IMG/VR virus record: IMGVR_UViG_3300010361_000036
Coordinates: 1-25,170 of that record
From: a virus
Lineage: Duplodnaviria > Caudoviricetes
Direction: 5' to 3' (one strand)
Length of the DNA: 25,170 bases
Position numbers and translations under genes: made by a program. The notes under the pieces are model-generated. The model saw only the letters and a list, made by a program, of their open reading frames with translations, did not search any database and had not been told where the DNA came from. This document shows, in pieces, positions 1-8,416 of the stretch; positions within the stretch are counted from its first letter, which is position 1, and every line of letters starts with the position of its first letter.

Positions 1-418
1 GGAAGCCGTCGATGCTGACGATAGGCGCACCGTTCTGGTCGGGCTTGTCCTCGACCTCGACCTTGCGGGCCTTGATCGCCCGGAGCGAGATGCCGAAGTT
101 GTTGAGGAACGGGTCCCAGCGGAACTTGGCTCCGGCGATAAGCGGAGCGTTGAGCCAGAACGTGCAGCCGTTGAACTCGGCCAGCTCGCCATCGTTGTCG
201 CCGGCCACCGTGAGGATCTTCAGCATCGGGTCATTCCCGGAGCCGTCGGCCTTGGTCGCGGTGCGGGTCCACCACATCCGCTTGACGTAGGCGAATAGCT
301 CCGTGCCGACCGGAGGGACTTCGCCGGCATAGCTGTCGTACGTCTCGGTGGAGTATTCCTGTTCCTCCAGTTCCTTGACATCGAGACTGGCGACATCCTC
401 CGTCTTGAGTCTTGCCAT
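1..418 (-). CDS. Probable single-stranded DNA-binding protein (DUF669-like), runs off the window edge
   Basis: Not in the ORF track. ATG at 418 after GAAAGGA; frame open to base 1: MARLKTEDVASLDVKELEEQEYSTETYDSYAGEVPPVGTELFAYVKRMWW... The position just after a Sak4-like ATPase is where phages usually encode an SSB; function inferred from synteny. Confidence 0.6.
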   Translation of the reverse strand, partial: MARLKTEDVASLDVKELEEQEYSTETYDSYAGEVPPVGTELFAYVKRMWWTRTATKADGSGNDPMLKILTVAGDNDGELAEFNGCTFWLNAPLIAGAKFRWDPFLNNFGISLRAIKARKVEVEDKPDQNGAPIVSIDGF

Positions 419-420
419 GA

Positions 421-609
421 CTAGGTAGTCCTTTCGTGATAGTGGTCTAGATTTGCCTGATGTAGCCTATGATCGGCCTCGTGTTCTCCCTTGGTTACGT
501 ACCGGAGTAGCGGATGACGCCTGGCGGCGTGTTTGCGTAGCCACTCGGCTGGCTGACCGTACGGGTCTGCGAGCCGTTCGCCTTCCGGTTCCGGCATCTT
601 CCGTGACAC
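421..609 (-). CDS. Small hypothetical protein (62 aa) overlapping the 3' end of the Sak4-like gene out of frame
   Basis: GTG at 609 is preceded by GAAAGGCGA at 5-nt spacing (615-623); the stop lies 2 nt before the next ATG (418). Confidence 0.45.
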   Translation of the reverse strand: MSRKMPEPEGERLADPYGQPAEWLRKHAARRHPLLRYVTKGEHEADHRLHQANLDHYHERTT

Positions 610-1459
610 CTACATCGCCTTTCTTGAGCGAATTCTCGATTGCCTCGATCATCCGCGCCATTGCGAAGTAATCGCCTTCCTCCACGTCCCATGTCTTGCC
701 TAGCGCAGAATACCTATCCTTTGCGAACCATGGCGGTAGCGGCTGGCAGAGGGCTCGCCTTGTAATCTCGCCGGTCATCTCTTTCGATTCCCGCGCTACC
801 GCGTAGTATATCGCGACGGAGAACTGAGAGGAAATAGCGTCTGATATCTCGCTTTTCTTCCCGAGTAGCAGCGGGATAACGCGTGGCTCTCCCTCCGCGT
901 CATCAACCGACATTGACGTCGTGATGTAAATGACGTTTGCCGGCATCGAGATAATCCGGCCAGACCACCGCTTGAAGCCGTTCTGGTACTTCTGGTGGTT
1001 CTGGACGGCCGGAATGTCTAGGTCACGTTTCGGGTTGAGCCTGTTCTCTACCTCCAGAATCCACCGCATGTACATTTCCTGCATGACCGTAGCGGAGTCG
1101 ATAACGAGCCAGTCACCGTGAACCAGGTTCTGTTCCGCCCAGCGGACTCCGGCAACGGCCGCTTCCCATCCAGGACAGCGGATAAGCTCTGCCTGCGAGC
1201 CGACCGAACGGGGCGAGGCGATACCCTCCACCTCAGTCGAGAGGAAGACCACACGCCTGTCGCCGTTCGCGGCTCCCCCAGCAAGCATCGTCTTGCCATG
1301 GCCGGAAGGCCCGTGGAGAATAATGTTGATCGGGGCATCCTCGTGAGAAGTCGCGAGATCCTCAATCACGATGTCAACTTCTGCCTCGACCATCGCGGCC
1401 GGAGCTTCCTTGGCCTGCTTTGCTGTCTGACGCGAGGCTCGCTCGCCGGTAAGAGCCAT
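467..1459 (-). CDS. Sak4-like / AAA_24 RecA-fold ATPase (single-strand annealing recombinase)
   Basis: Walker A GPSGHGKT, Walker B LVIDS, C-terminal FAKDR motif; flanked by an exonuclease and an SSB-like gene. Confidence 0.85.
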   Translation of the reverse strand: MALTGERASRQTAKQAKEAPAAMVEAEVDIVIEDLATSHEDAPINIILHGPSGHGKTMLAGGAANGDRRVVFLSTEVEGIASPRSVGSQAELIRCPGWEAAVAGVRWAEQNLVHGDWLVIDSATVMQEMYMRWILEVENRLNPKRDLDIPAVQNHQKYQNGFKRWSGRIISMPANVIYITTSMSVDDAEGEPRVIPLLLGKKSEISDAISSQFSVAIYYAVARESKEMTGEITRRALCQPLPPWFAKDRYSALGKTWDVEEGDYFAMARMIEAIENSLKKGDVGVTEDAGTGRRTARRPVRSASRVATQTRRQASSATPVRNQGRTRGRS

Positions 1460-1869
1460 TATCCTGTCGCCCCAATCACGAGGTTGTAATAGAATTCGGT
1501 GAAGTTAGGCCAGCAATGGATTCCAGGAAGACAGTGGAATACGTGTTCCCGTGGCCCGATAATGATGAGCTGCTTCTGAAGGGCCCAGGCAATACCGAAT
1601 TCGACGTGCCGCCCGCCACGGCCCTGTCCGTTGGTAAAGCTAATAACGGTATCGGCCGCAACTATGTCCGCAATATCTTTCTCTGCGTACGGAGTCCCGA
1701 GACTAGGGTCTGCGTTCAGGTCAGACTCGCCTAGAGCCTCCGTGAGCGAGCCTCCGTGCTGATCGATCCAGCGCGAGGTAACCTCATAGCCGAAAGGCGT
1801 CAGCCTATCCCGGTAATTACGCATTTCCGCGTTCCGCGCGTAATGGGCCGCAAAGTACAGTCTCTTCAT
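1459..1869 (-). CDS. Nucleoside 2-deoxyribosyltransferase-like / nucleotide N-glycosidase
   Basis: N-terminal LYFAA, KDIADIVAAD, GGRHVEFGIAWALQK with the catalytic-type Glu; translationally coupled to both neighbours. Confidence 0.8.
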   Translation of the reverse strand: MKRLYFAAHYARNAEMRNYRDRLTPFGYEVTSRWIDQHGGSLTEALGESDLNADPSLGTPYAEKDIADIVAADTVISFTNGQGRGGRHVEFGIAWALQKQLIIIGPREHVFHCLPGIHCWPNFTEFYYNLVIGATG

Positions 1870-2840
1870 GCTGATTTCCTCATATCCTCGTACGGGTCTA
1901 CACGGATGAAATTGCTCTGGAGTACTGACTTATACGATTCGGCTCCGCGCTCGTGGAGTACGCATGGGCCCCAGAACGGGCAGCGCGGACAGTCCTTAGT
2001 AGGCGTCTTGGTTAGTGGGATGGTACCGTCGCGGACGGCATTCATGACGGCAACCTCATCGGCTATCCGGTCCAGCTGAGTATGCTGTTCCTCGCGCGAG
2101 CGGGTAACAGGCTCACGTACGAACATCGGAGGTGGCTGTTTCTTGCTTACCGTCTCATCCTTATTCAGGTACAGGCCCTGCGAATTCCTTGGCCTCTGAT
2201 CCGGCATCGCCTTCCGGAGGAAGTTATAGACAATTCCCTCGATTTCCTCGCCTTTCCTCAGGACGCCTTCCGCCTTGAGAATCTGCGAGGCAACGGCTAG
2301 GTAGCTTCCGCCCTGATCGTCAAGCTCAAGGTAGGCCGTCGATATCTGTGCGGCCGATTTGTTCTCAAGTAGCTTTATCCGGCCGTCCACGAGATCGCGG
2401 ATCACCGCATCCCAGCGGGAGGCAAAAATAGCAACAGGCCTTCCCTTCCGGATAATCCGGACACGGAAAGGCCGTTCAACCGCAATAACATGCCACTGCG
2501 GGTCCTTGCCGTAATAATCTACGTACGCCTCAAGCATGGACTCGCCTAGCTCTGCGGCATCGACCCATACTGGCTCATCAAACGTATCGTCAAGATAGGT
2601 ACGCGCGAACGCAATCTCATCGCCCACCCAGGCATTCCAGGTATCGGCCGGATGCGGGCCGCGACGCTTACCCTTCAGGTACCACTTCGCCAGGGCCTCG
2701 TGAATCCCTATCCCGAACCAGAGCGCATCCGCCTGGACGTGGCGCGGCCGGTAGCCTTCCCGGTACTCCAGCCACCAACGGAACATGCAGCGCTTTGCGG
2801 CCGCACGCTCTGACGTCCGGAGAATAGGAAGCTGATCCAT
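1866..2840 (-). CDS. Cas4/RecB-like PD-(D/E)XK exonuclease
   Basis: LRTSER..KRC near the N-terminus, VE..F, RWD, ENKS, C-terminal CPRCPFWGPC. Start moved to ATG 2840, which follows GAAAGGCGAGGCGA. Confidence 0.85.
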   Translation of the reverse strand: MDQLPILRTSERAAAKRCMFRWWLEYREGYRPRHVQADALWFGIGIHEALAKWYLKGKRRGPHPADTWNAWVGDEIAFARTYLDDTFDEPVWVDAAELGESMLEAYVDYYGKDPQWHVIAVERPFRVRIIRKGRPVAIFASRWDAVIRDLVDGRIKLLENKSAAQISTAYLELDDQGGSYLAVASQILKAEGVLRKGEEIEGIVYNFLRKAMPDQRPRNSQGLYLNKDETVSKKQPPPMFVREPVTRSREEQHTQLDRIADEVAVMNAVRDGTIPLTKTPTKDCPRCPFWGPCVLHERGAESYKSVLQSNFIRVDPYEDMRKSA

Positions 2841-2876
2841 TCGCCTCGCCTTTCCTTTTGCCTTCACCCTCAGGGC

Positions 2877-2977
2877 TCCGTCCGGAGTGGGGCCTGTTCC
2901 CTCCGGACGGAACGCTCAGGATGCCCCGTAACGGGCCTAGGCCCAGCCGTCCGTCCGTGGAAGCAGCTGGGCCTAGG
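2877..2977 (-). terminator. Two intergenic stem-loops (terminator or processing structures)
   Basis: TCCGTCCGGAG/CTCCGGACGGA (2877-2911) and CCTAGGCCCAGC/GCTGGGCCTAGG (2936-2977); no clear U-tract. Confidence 0.45.
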
Positions 2978-2979
2978 TT

Positions 2980-3387
2980 CTAGTAGGCAGCGGCGCTGCC
3001 GGCCGTCTGCCGGCCACCACGGCCTCGCCGGCCAGCGGGAGCGGCTGGCTTGGTACCGGCGCTGCCCTTGCCCCTGCCGCGCCTCGCCGGAGTGGGCTCC
3101 GGAGTGGGCTCCGGGGTGGACTCCGCAGCGCGAGCGTCACGCCGCTCCTGTCGGCGCTGGACGTTGAAGTCCGACTTCTGGAAGTACGGGTACAGCGTGG
3201 AACCCAGGGCCAGGAGCCGCGCGGGATCCACCTTGTCGAGGTCGGCCACGTTTTCCTCGAACCACGTGCCGTAGTCGGTCATCGTCGCGGACAGGTCCTT
3301 GGTGAGGTAGATCTCGAAATCCGGTTCGCCGTCCGATGTGGGCTCCGGCTCTACCGGAGCCGTCCTGCGGCCTCGTGCGGTTGCCAT
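2980..3387 (-). CDS. Hypothetical protein with basic RRGRG repeats (possible nucleic-acid binder)
   Basis: ATG 3387 follows a purine-rich RBS and its own promoter (3424-3452); tail contains ARRGRGKG and GRRGRGGR. The frame is also open upstream to 3699. Confidence 0.7.
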   Translation of the reverse strand: MATARGRRTAPVEPEPTSDGEPDFEIYLTKDLSATMTDYGTWFEENVADLDKVDPARLLALGSTLYPYFQKSDFNVQRRQERRDARAAESTPEPTPEPTPARRGRGKGSAGTKPAAPAGRRGRGGRQTAGSAAAY

Positions 3388-3699
3388 TCTCTCTCTCCGT
3401 TTCCTTGAGGTAGCCTTACCTGAACTATATCGCGAGGGCACTCGTTTCGCTAGTCCTTTCTCATGCGTATTTCCTGTATGGTCCTCTAGACTGAATCGCG
3501 AGAGGCCGAAATAGCGGATAGTCACAAATCCGCCATCGTCTCCGGCCTTCCAGTCCCTTCCGGAGCCCAGCCGTTTCTGCTCCTGAACGGTATACGGGAT
3601 AATAGTGTCACGGATGACCGATTCCGGGAACCAGGCCTTCAGGGCCTCAATTAGCTCCAGTACGTTCGCCGTCTCCGGCCTAGGGATTACGATGGGCAT
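2980..3699 (-). CDS. Long in-frame form (239 aa) of the 2980-3387 gene
   Basis: ATG 3699 preceded by GAAGGTGG and overlapping the stop of the upstream gene; no stop codon before 3387. Confidence 0.45.
   Translation of the reverse strand: MPIVIPRPETANVLELIEALKAWFPESVIRDTIIPYTVQEQKRLGSGRDWKAGDDGGFVTIRYFGLSRFSLEDHTGNTHEKGLAKRVPSRYSSGKATSRKRRERMATARGRRTAPVEPEPTSDGEPDFEIYLTKDLSATMTDYGTWFEENVADLDKVDPARLLALGSTLYPYFQKSDFNVQRRQERRDARAAESTPEPTPEPTPARRGRGKGSAGTKPAAPAGRRGRGGRQTAGSAAAY
3424..3452 (-). promoter_or_regulatory. Promoter of the repeated family
   Basis: TAGCGA-17 nt-TATAGT-T on the minus strand. Confidence 0.6.
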
Positions 3700-3833
3700 G
3701 ATTCCACCTTCACGCCGTCCGGGAGGTTCCCGGTCAGGAGGTAATCCCTAGCCGCTGCAGTAGGGCTCATCCAGTACGGACAGGTTAGCCAGAAAAATGG
3801 CATCCCGTTCAGCCGTATCAGGTACTTATTCAT
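3687..3833 (-). CDS. Small hypothetical protein (48 aa)
   Basis: MNKYLIRLNGMPFFWLTCPYWMSPTAAARDYLLTGNLPDGVKVESCPS; ATGA overlap with the upstream gene; fills the gap. Confidence 0.55.
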   Translation of the reverse strand: MNKYLIRLNGMPFFWLTCPYWMSPTAAARDYLLTGNLPDGVKVESCPS

Positions 3834-4012
3834 CGCTCACTCTCCGGCCTCTCCGCTACCGTATCCGCGTACGCGAGGACAAACGCATCTTCCTCCGGCG
3901 TCACGTCATCATACCAGCGCTTGCCGATAATCCGGAGCGCATCCGCGATAGCCTCATACCAGGAATCGTCCTGGCCCGGATTCCATTGCGTAGCCTTGAA
4001 TTCTACCATCAC
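3830..4012 (-). CDS. Hypothetical protein (60 aa)
   Basis: GTGA coupling to the helicase stop; acidic, phage-like small ORF. Confidence 0.6.
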   Translation of the reverse strand: MMVEFKATQWNPGQDDSWYEAIADALRIIGKRWYDDVTPEEDAFVLAYADTVAERPESER

Positions 4013-5949
4013 GCCGCCTTCCCTGCTATTGCTAGCTCCGAGAGCTTACGCGGGCTCGCGCCCATGACTACTGCGCGCTGCTCATCCGTTAGGGAGGCCA
4101 TCCACTCATCGACCGTACCCACAGAAACGAGCCGGTAGACGATGACCTGATGTATCCGGGATACCCGGTGAATCCGCGCGTTGAGCTGCTCATCCCGGTC
4201 GGAAACCCACGGGAGGTCAAGGACAACCATCTCATCCGCCGCATCGAGCGTAATCGACTCGCCACCGGCATCCCGGTTGATAACGACTACAGAGAGCTTG
4301 TCATCTGGGTCCTGGAACCTCTCGACTAGGCGAGCCCGGTCACGGTCAGAGGTCGCGCCGGTAAGCGTATGGACCTCTAGGCCAAGCTGGTCGCGGAGTA
4401 CATCGGCCGTAAACTCCACCCACTCCGTGAAGCTGCTCGCGATAACGACCTTGGCTCCGGAGTCCATCCGCTCCTGCATAAACTCGATAAGCCATTCGAT
4501 CTTGTTCGACGGTAGGGCCGGAATGATCTTGCGGCCTTCCGCTAGAGAGCCGGAGCCGTTCGCGAACTGCCGTAGCCGCGTAATCTCCGCGAGTACGCCG
4601 GTAGCCGTGATACGGCCCTCCGGGAGGTTCGCCTCAGCCTCAGCCTCCATCTGCCAGTAGAGCTTGGCCTGATCCGGGAGCATGTCTATCTGGACGTACC
4701 TAGGCGACTCGTCATCGTCTGGGTCGATGGGCGTTCCGGCGTACTGAATGGGAGGGAGATCCGGCGCAGCGTCGGCCTTGGTCCGCTTGAGGTAGTACGG
4801 CCGCAGCATCCGGTCCCAGGCCTCAGGATCTCTCGGCTCCAGGACCTTAACAGGCTTGCCGTCCGGGCCGGTGCCGCCTACAATCTTCCCCCAGCGGCCT
4901 TCCTCTACGCCAAAGTGCGTCTCGGCAAACCGCCAGTACGAGCTGAAGACATCCGGCCGGAGCCAGTTAAGCGTGCCCCAGCCTTTCTCGACCTTAGACC
5001 GGAACGGAGTCCCACTCATCGCGATAGCGAGCCCGCCATCAACGAGCCGCTTACGGAGCTGCATCGCGCCGAAACGCTGCTGCGTGATCCGCTTGCTCTG
5101 GACGTTCGCGGTAGACGCGAGCAGGTTGTGCGACTCGTCAAGGATGATCGCGTCCCACTCGTTATCGGTCAGGAACGGCCATTGCGGCTCCGCGTGGATC
5201 TTGTGCTTGGGGTGGCCCGCTGGCGGACGGCCCTTGTAACGGCAGTCGCCGTTGGTCTCAGGGCACGTCTCGATTCGCTTCGCCCGGATCATCTCGATGT
5301 TGATAATCAGCATCTTCGGGCCAGGGCCGGCCATCCAGAAGTCGGCCATCGTCGCCATCCGCTCCGTCCGCGAGCCCTGCGCCACGAACGTCTTGATATG
5401 CGGAGTCCACCGGGCCGTCTCCCGCTCCCACACGGTACGGGTAGCCGTACGCCGGCACGCCACGAGGATACGGTTGCTACCGGCCTGAACCACCGCCGCG
5501 AGGCCCTGTAGAGTCTTGCCTAGGCCTGGGTCATCGCCCAGGATGACATCGCGGCCGGTAAGGATGAAGCCGGTGCCGCTAATCTGGTACCGGCGAGTCT
5601 GTAGAGCCGCGTAGAGCTTGGGAGCCCGCTCCGCTACCCGCGAGAGGTCAACGGCCTCAATCGCTTCCTCGCGTAGCGTCTCCAGGCTCCGCTCACGGCT
5701 GACTTCCTCCTGTGCCCAGCGCGCGAGGACCGGCATCACGGTCAGCTCATCGCCAAATACGCGGCGGAATGCCCGGCACGTTTCCATCGAGAGCGGGTAG
5801 ACCCAGCCCTTGAACACGTTTGGAGTGACGGTCTTGTCCCAGTCCGCACGGGCTCCGGGAACCTGCTTGGCAAGCTTCGGGCCGTGCCCGTTCGCGTAGT
5901 CGATACGCGCCATGATCCGCTTGCCGTCCGTCGTGATCGCTGCCTTCAT
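4009..5949 (-). CDS. SNF2-family (SF2) helicase
   Basis: LGDDPGLGKT (motif I), IILDESH (II), MSGTP (III), GGESITL (V), QLNARIHRVS (VI). Confidence 0.92.
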   Translation of the reverse strand: MKAAITTDGKRIMARIDYANGHGPKLAKQVPGARADWDKTVTPNVFKGWVYPLSMETCRAFRRVFGDELTVMPVLARWAQEEVSRERSLETLREEAIEAVDLSRVAERAPKLYAALQTRRYQISGTGFILTGRDVILGDDPGLGKTLQGLAAVVQAGSNRILVACRRTATRTVWERETARWTPHIKTFVAQGSRTERMATMADFWMAGPGPKMLIINIEMIRAKRIETCPETNGDCRYKGRPPAGHPKHKIHAEPQWPFLTDNEWDAIILDESHNLLASTANVQSKRITQQRFGAMQLRKRLVDGGLAIAMSGTPFRSKVEKGWGTLNWLRPDVFSSYWRFAETHFGVEEGRWGKIVGGTGPDGKPVKVLEPRDPEAWDRMLRPYYLKRTKADAAPDLPPIQYAGTPIDPDDDESPRYVQIDMLPDQAKLYWQMEAEAEANLPEGRITATGVLAEITRLRQFANGSGSLAEGRKIIPALPSNKIEWLIEFMQERMDSGAKVVIASSFTEWVEFTADVLRDQLGLEVHTLTGATSDRDRARLVERFQDPDDKLSVVVINRDAGGESITLDAADEMVVLDLPWVSDRDEQLNARIHRVSRIHQVIVYRLVSVGTVDEWMASLTDEQRAVVMGASPRKLSELAIAGKAA

Positions 5950-5964
5950 CGTCGCCTCTCATCG

Positions 5965-6008
5965 TCGCCTTCCGGCCCAAGTCTACTCCAGTCTGGACCG
6001 GAAGGCGA
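5965..6008 (-). promoter_or_regulatory. Promoter (GTAGACTTGGG) inside an 11-bp inverted repeat
   Basis: -10 TAGACT at 5980-5985; arms TCGCCTTCCGG (5965-5975) and CCGGAAGGCGA (5998-6008). Confidence 0.6.
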
Positions 6009-6020
6009 ACGGAAAATGCA

Positions 6021-6293
6021 CTAGACGCAGCGGCTAGGCGAATTCTGCTTTGTTGGCATGGCCGGCCCACAGTGGACGTAGCCGATCAGGACCCACATCC
6101 ACCCGATACCCGGTATGTACTGGCACTGGTAGATATAGCCGTTAACGGCCTTGTAGAAACCCTGCTGCCAGTAAGGGCAGGCCCCATCAGTCGGCACGGC
6201 AGACGATGAGGCCCTAGCCGCTCCCGCCAGAGCCAGGGAGGCTCCGAGAGCGAGCGAGACAGAGAGCACGAACGCGAGGATTAGCCGTCTCAT
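6021..6293 (-). CDS. Small secreted Cys-containing protein
   Basis: ATG 6293 after GGAAGGGA; signal peptide MRRLILAFVLSVSLALGASLALAGAARA; mature part has 4 Cys. Confidence 0.65.
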   Translation of the reverse strand: MRRLILAFVLSVSLALGASLALAGAARASSSAVPTDGACPYWQQGFYKAVNGYIYQCQYIPGIGWMWVLIGYVHCGPAMPTKQNSPSRCV

Positions 6294-6355
6294 TCCGTTC
6301 CCTTCCCTACGGGCCAGAGAGCGATTCTCCGGCCTCCGGCTCCGATCGTACCGGC

Positions 6356-7192
6356 CTAGGCCCTCGATGCGCTCTCCGGCTGGCTCTGGGCCGCTCCGGG
6401 CCACAGCGAGCCTCCGTGGAGTGCGCTCCGCTCGCGCCAGTCCGGGATGAAGTCGTTAAGCATCCTCTGCCAGGCTACCCGGAGCGGCCTGTTGGGTGGA
6501 TTTGTGTACCGTGGCCAGCGCTGGTGAATCCGGAACAGGCAGGCATACTCTGCCTCGGTACGTAGCTCCGGAGTCCGGAACCTCGCATTGATACCTCCGG
6601 GAGCGTACCGGGCTCCGATCGAATCGCACCTCACATCGCAGTGAGCACGCCACGGGATTCCCTTGCTAATCCCTAGCCGGCATAGCTCCGCATCCTCGCC
6701 GTACGAGTGAAGCAGGGCATCGAAATTGCCGATCTGGGAGGCCGTCCGGACGTTGAGGCCGAATAGCTGGAATCCCCAGCCTCCGGGGCAGAGGATCACG
6801 CCTTTGTTGCGCGAGATCGCGCCATGCGTGAAGTGATCGTGAATCGGCCGGACAGCACCGACACCGAGCACGCCAGGCCGCGCAGCCTCCGTCAGGAGCG
6901 GCCTCACGTCGGATACCGGCTTCATGTCATCATCGGTCATGATGATGGACTCTAGGCCGTACCGTCTTGCGTGAATAACGCAGGAACGCCTCGCGGCTCC
7001 GATACCGATGCCTTTCTGCATGATAACCTTGACATCCTTGAGATGCCATCCGGCCTCGCGGCCGAAAATGACGTGCTCCTGAAATTCGCCTTGCGTAACC
7101 ATGAGCCGTACCGGAATGCCCTGATCCAGCCAGCGAGGCACTATCTTCATCAGGTTGTCGTACCGGCTCATGGTCGGTATGTAGACGGTCAT
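6356..7192 (-). CDS. GT-A fold glycosyltransferase, resembling the TET-associated/GREB1-like phage family
   Basis: VYIPTMSR start, GIGAAR, IIMTDDD (DxD), GEDAEL, then PGGI. Confidence 0.7.
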   Translation of the reverse strand: MTVYIPTMSRYDNLMKIVPRWLDQGIPVRLMVTQGEFQEHVIFGREAGWHLKDVKVIMQKGIGIGAARRSCVIHARRYGLESIIMTDDDMKPVSDVRPLLTEAARPGVLGVGAVRPIHDHFTHGAISRNKGVILCPGGWGFQLFGLNVRTASQIGNFDALLHSYGEDAELCRLGISKGIPWRAHCDVRCDSIGARYAPGGINARFRTPELRTEAEYACLFRIHQRWPRYTNPPNRPLRVAWQRMLNDFIPDWRERSALHGGSLWPGAAQSQPESASRA

Positions 7193-7431
7193 ATCTTCTC
7201 CAGGTAGCCGGTAATGCCGAACTTCCGGCCTCGCGCATCCCTATGGTCGCCGGAGATATGCGGAGGTAGGACGCAGGTGTTGTTCTCCGTATACGGCCAG
7301 ATAGTATGACCGCATATCTGAGGTACGTACTCGAATACCAGGGTGCCCTTATCGATCCTAGCGAACCGGATATGGTGAATAGCCGGAGACGGCCGCAGGC
7401 CCTCCGGTAGGCCCTCAATCCGTGTCCTCAC
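7189..7431 (-). CDS. Hypothetical protein with a Cys/His metal-binding-like motif
   Basis: CGH...CVLPPHISGDH; 4-nt overlaps at both ends. Confidence 0.6.
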   Translation of the reverse strand: MRTRIEGLPEGLRPSPAIHHIRFARIDKGTLVFEYVPQICGHTIWPYTENNTCVLPPHISGDHRDARGRKFGITGYLEKI

Positions 7432-7628
7432 GGCTTCAGGCCGTTCCTGCCGGGCCTACGCCAGGCTTTCTTGGTCCAGCGCTCTACCGGGAAGCCCGCA
7501 TAGTTCACCACCAGGACCGTATGCGGGCCGATGTCGATGAGCCGCTCTACGTCGCCTCCTGCGGCCTTGAGAGCGGCCTGAACCGTGCCCTTATCGGCTC
7601 CACCCTTGATGACTGGAATCTGTGCCAT
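7428..7628 (-). CDS. Hypothetical protein (66 aa)
   Basis: GAAAGG RBS; coupled to the next gene. Confidence 0.65.
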   Translation of the reverse strand: MAQIPVIKGGADKGTVQAALKAAGGDVERLIDIGPHTVLVVNYAGFPVERWTKKAWRRPGRNGLKP

Positions 7629-7650
7629 GACATAACCTTTCGATAATAAT

Positions 7651-7679
7651 GGACCGGGCTCCCGCGCGGAGCCCGGTCC
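7651..7679 (-). terminator. Intrinsic terminator-like hairpin
   Basis: GGACCGGGCTCC-N5-GGAGCCCGGTCC followed by ATTATTAT on the minus strand. Confidence 0.65.
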
Positions 7680-7686
7680 TGCCGTA

Positions 7687-7833
7687 CTAGTTGCCCTGCT
7701 CCGTCTTGCGGTCCAGCGGGCTGATCCGCAAGAGACCCAGGTTCAGGATACCGACCGTGGTGGTGTCCTCGCTCCCGGAGCCTACGCCAGCGCCATTAGG
7801 ATTACCCAGGTTGGCGCCCTGAGAGTTGCTCAT
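7687..7833 (-). CDS. Small Gly/Asn/Ser-rich peptide (48 aa)
   Basis: Strong RBS GGGAGGTGA before ATG 7833; MSNSQGANLGNPNGAGVGSGSEDTTTVGILNLGLLRISPLDRKTEQGN; followed by a terminator. Confidence 0.6.
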   Translation of the reverse strand: MSNSQGANLGNPNGAGVGSGSEDTTTVGILNLGLLRISPLDRKTEQGN

Positions 7834-7837
7834 CAAA

Positions 7838-8416
7838 TCACCTCCCATCTCGCCTAGCGGCCTCCGGCTCCGGCTGCCGCTGGAAAGCGTAGCGAGCGGC
7901 CACGTCACGCTCGACTTCCTCCACCTCAAGGATGGAGCGGACTGGGACTCCGGCCGTTCCGCAGTACTTCCCGGAGTGCGTACGATCCGGGCCACGGCCG
8001 CTAAACTGAAGCGTGCTGCCCGGCCCGGTACGGCCCGGATACTGCTGGCCCATGAAGTGCATACGCGAGTAGCGAGGCTTCCGCTCTACGCCAGGGATCA
8101 TAGTCACGATCTTGTACTCACGGCCTTCCACGAGCCGGAAACTCCGGCCTCCGGCCGTCCACTCGATCACGTTCCCTTCCGGCATGGGCGACTCCGGAGC
8201 CATCTCGCACCGGCCCGACGCGAGCGGCTCACCGTCCGTCAGGTAGGCGAGGAATTCGCCGTGGATCAGCCGGCCAGCAAGCGAAGACACCCGCTCAAGG
8301 TAGGCCATGACCTGCTCATCGGTCAGCCCACGCTCCGTCCGCAGGTACTGGTAGAAATCGCTCAGGATCATCTCGTCATCCGTGAGCTGAACCTCGGTGT
8401 CGCTGATACGCTTCAT
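7838..8416 (-). CDS. Hypothetical protein (192 aa)
   Basis: ATGA coupling; tiles the operon. Confidence 0.7.
   Translation of the reverse strand: MKRISDTEVQLTDDEMILSDFYQYLRTERGLTDEQVMAYLERVSSLAGRLIHGEFLAYLTDGEPLASGRCEMAPESPMPEGNVIEWTAGGRSFRLVEGREYKIVTMIPGVERKPRYSRMHFMGQQYPGRTGPGSTLQFSGRGPDRTHSGKYCGTAGVPVRSILEVEEVERDVAARYAFQRQPEPEAARRDGR

Noticed and set aside
2248-2256. GAAAGGCGA copy inside the exonuclease gene
   Set aside because: Encodes Lys-Gly-Glu and is not followed by a canonical start at the usual spacing.
1866-2840. Cas4-like gene as a sign of CRISPR-Cas
   Set aside because: No repeat-spacer array or other cas genes; solo Cas4-like exonucleases beside Sak4 are normal in phages.
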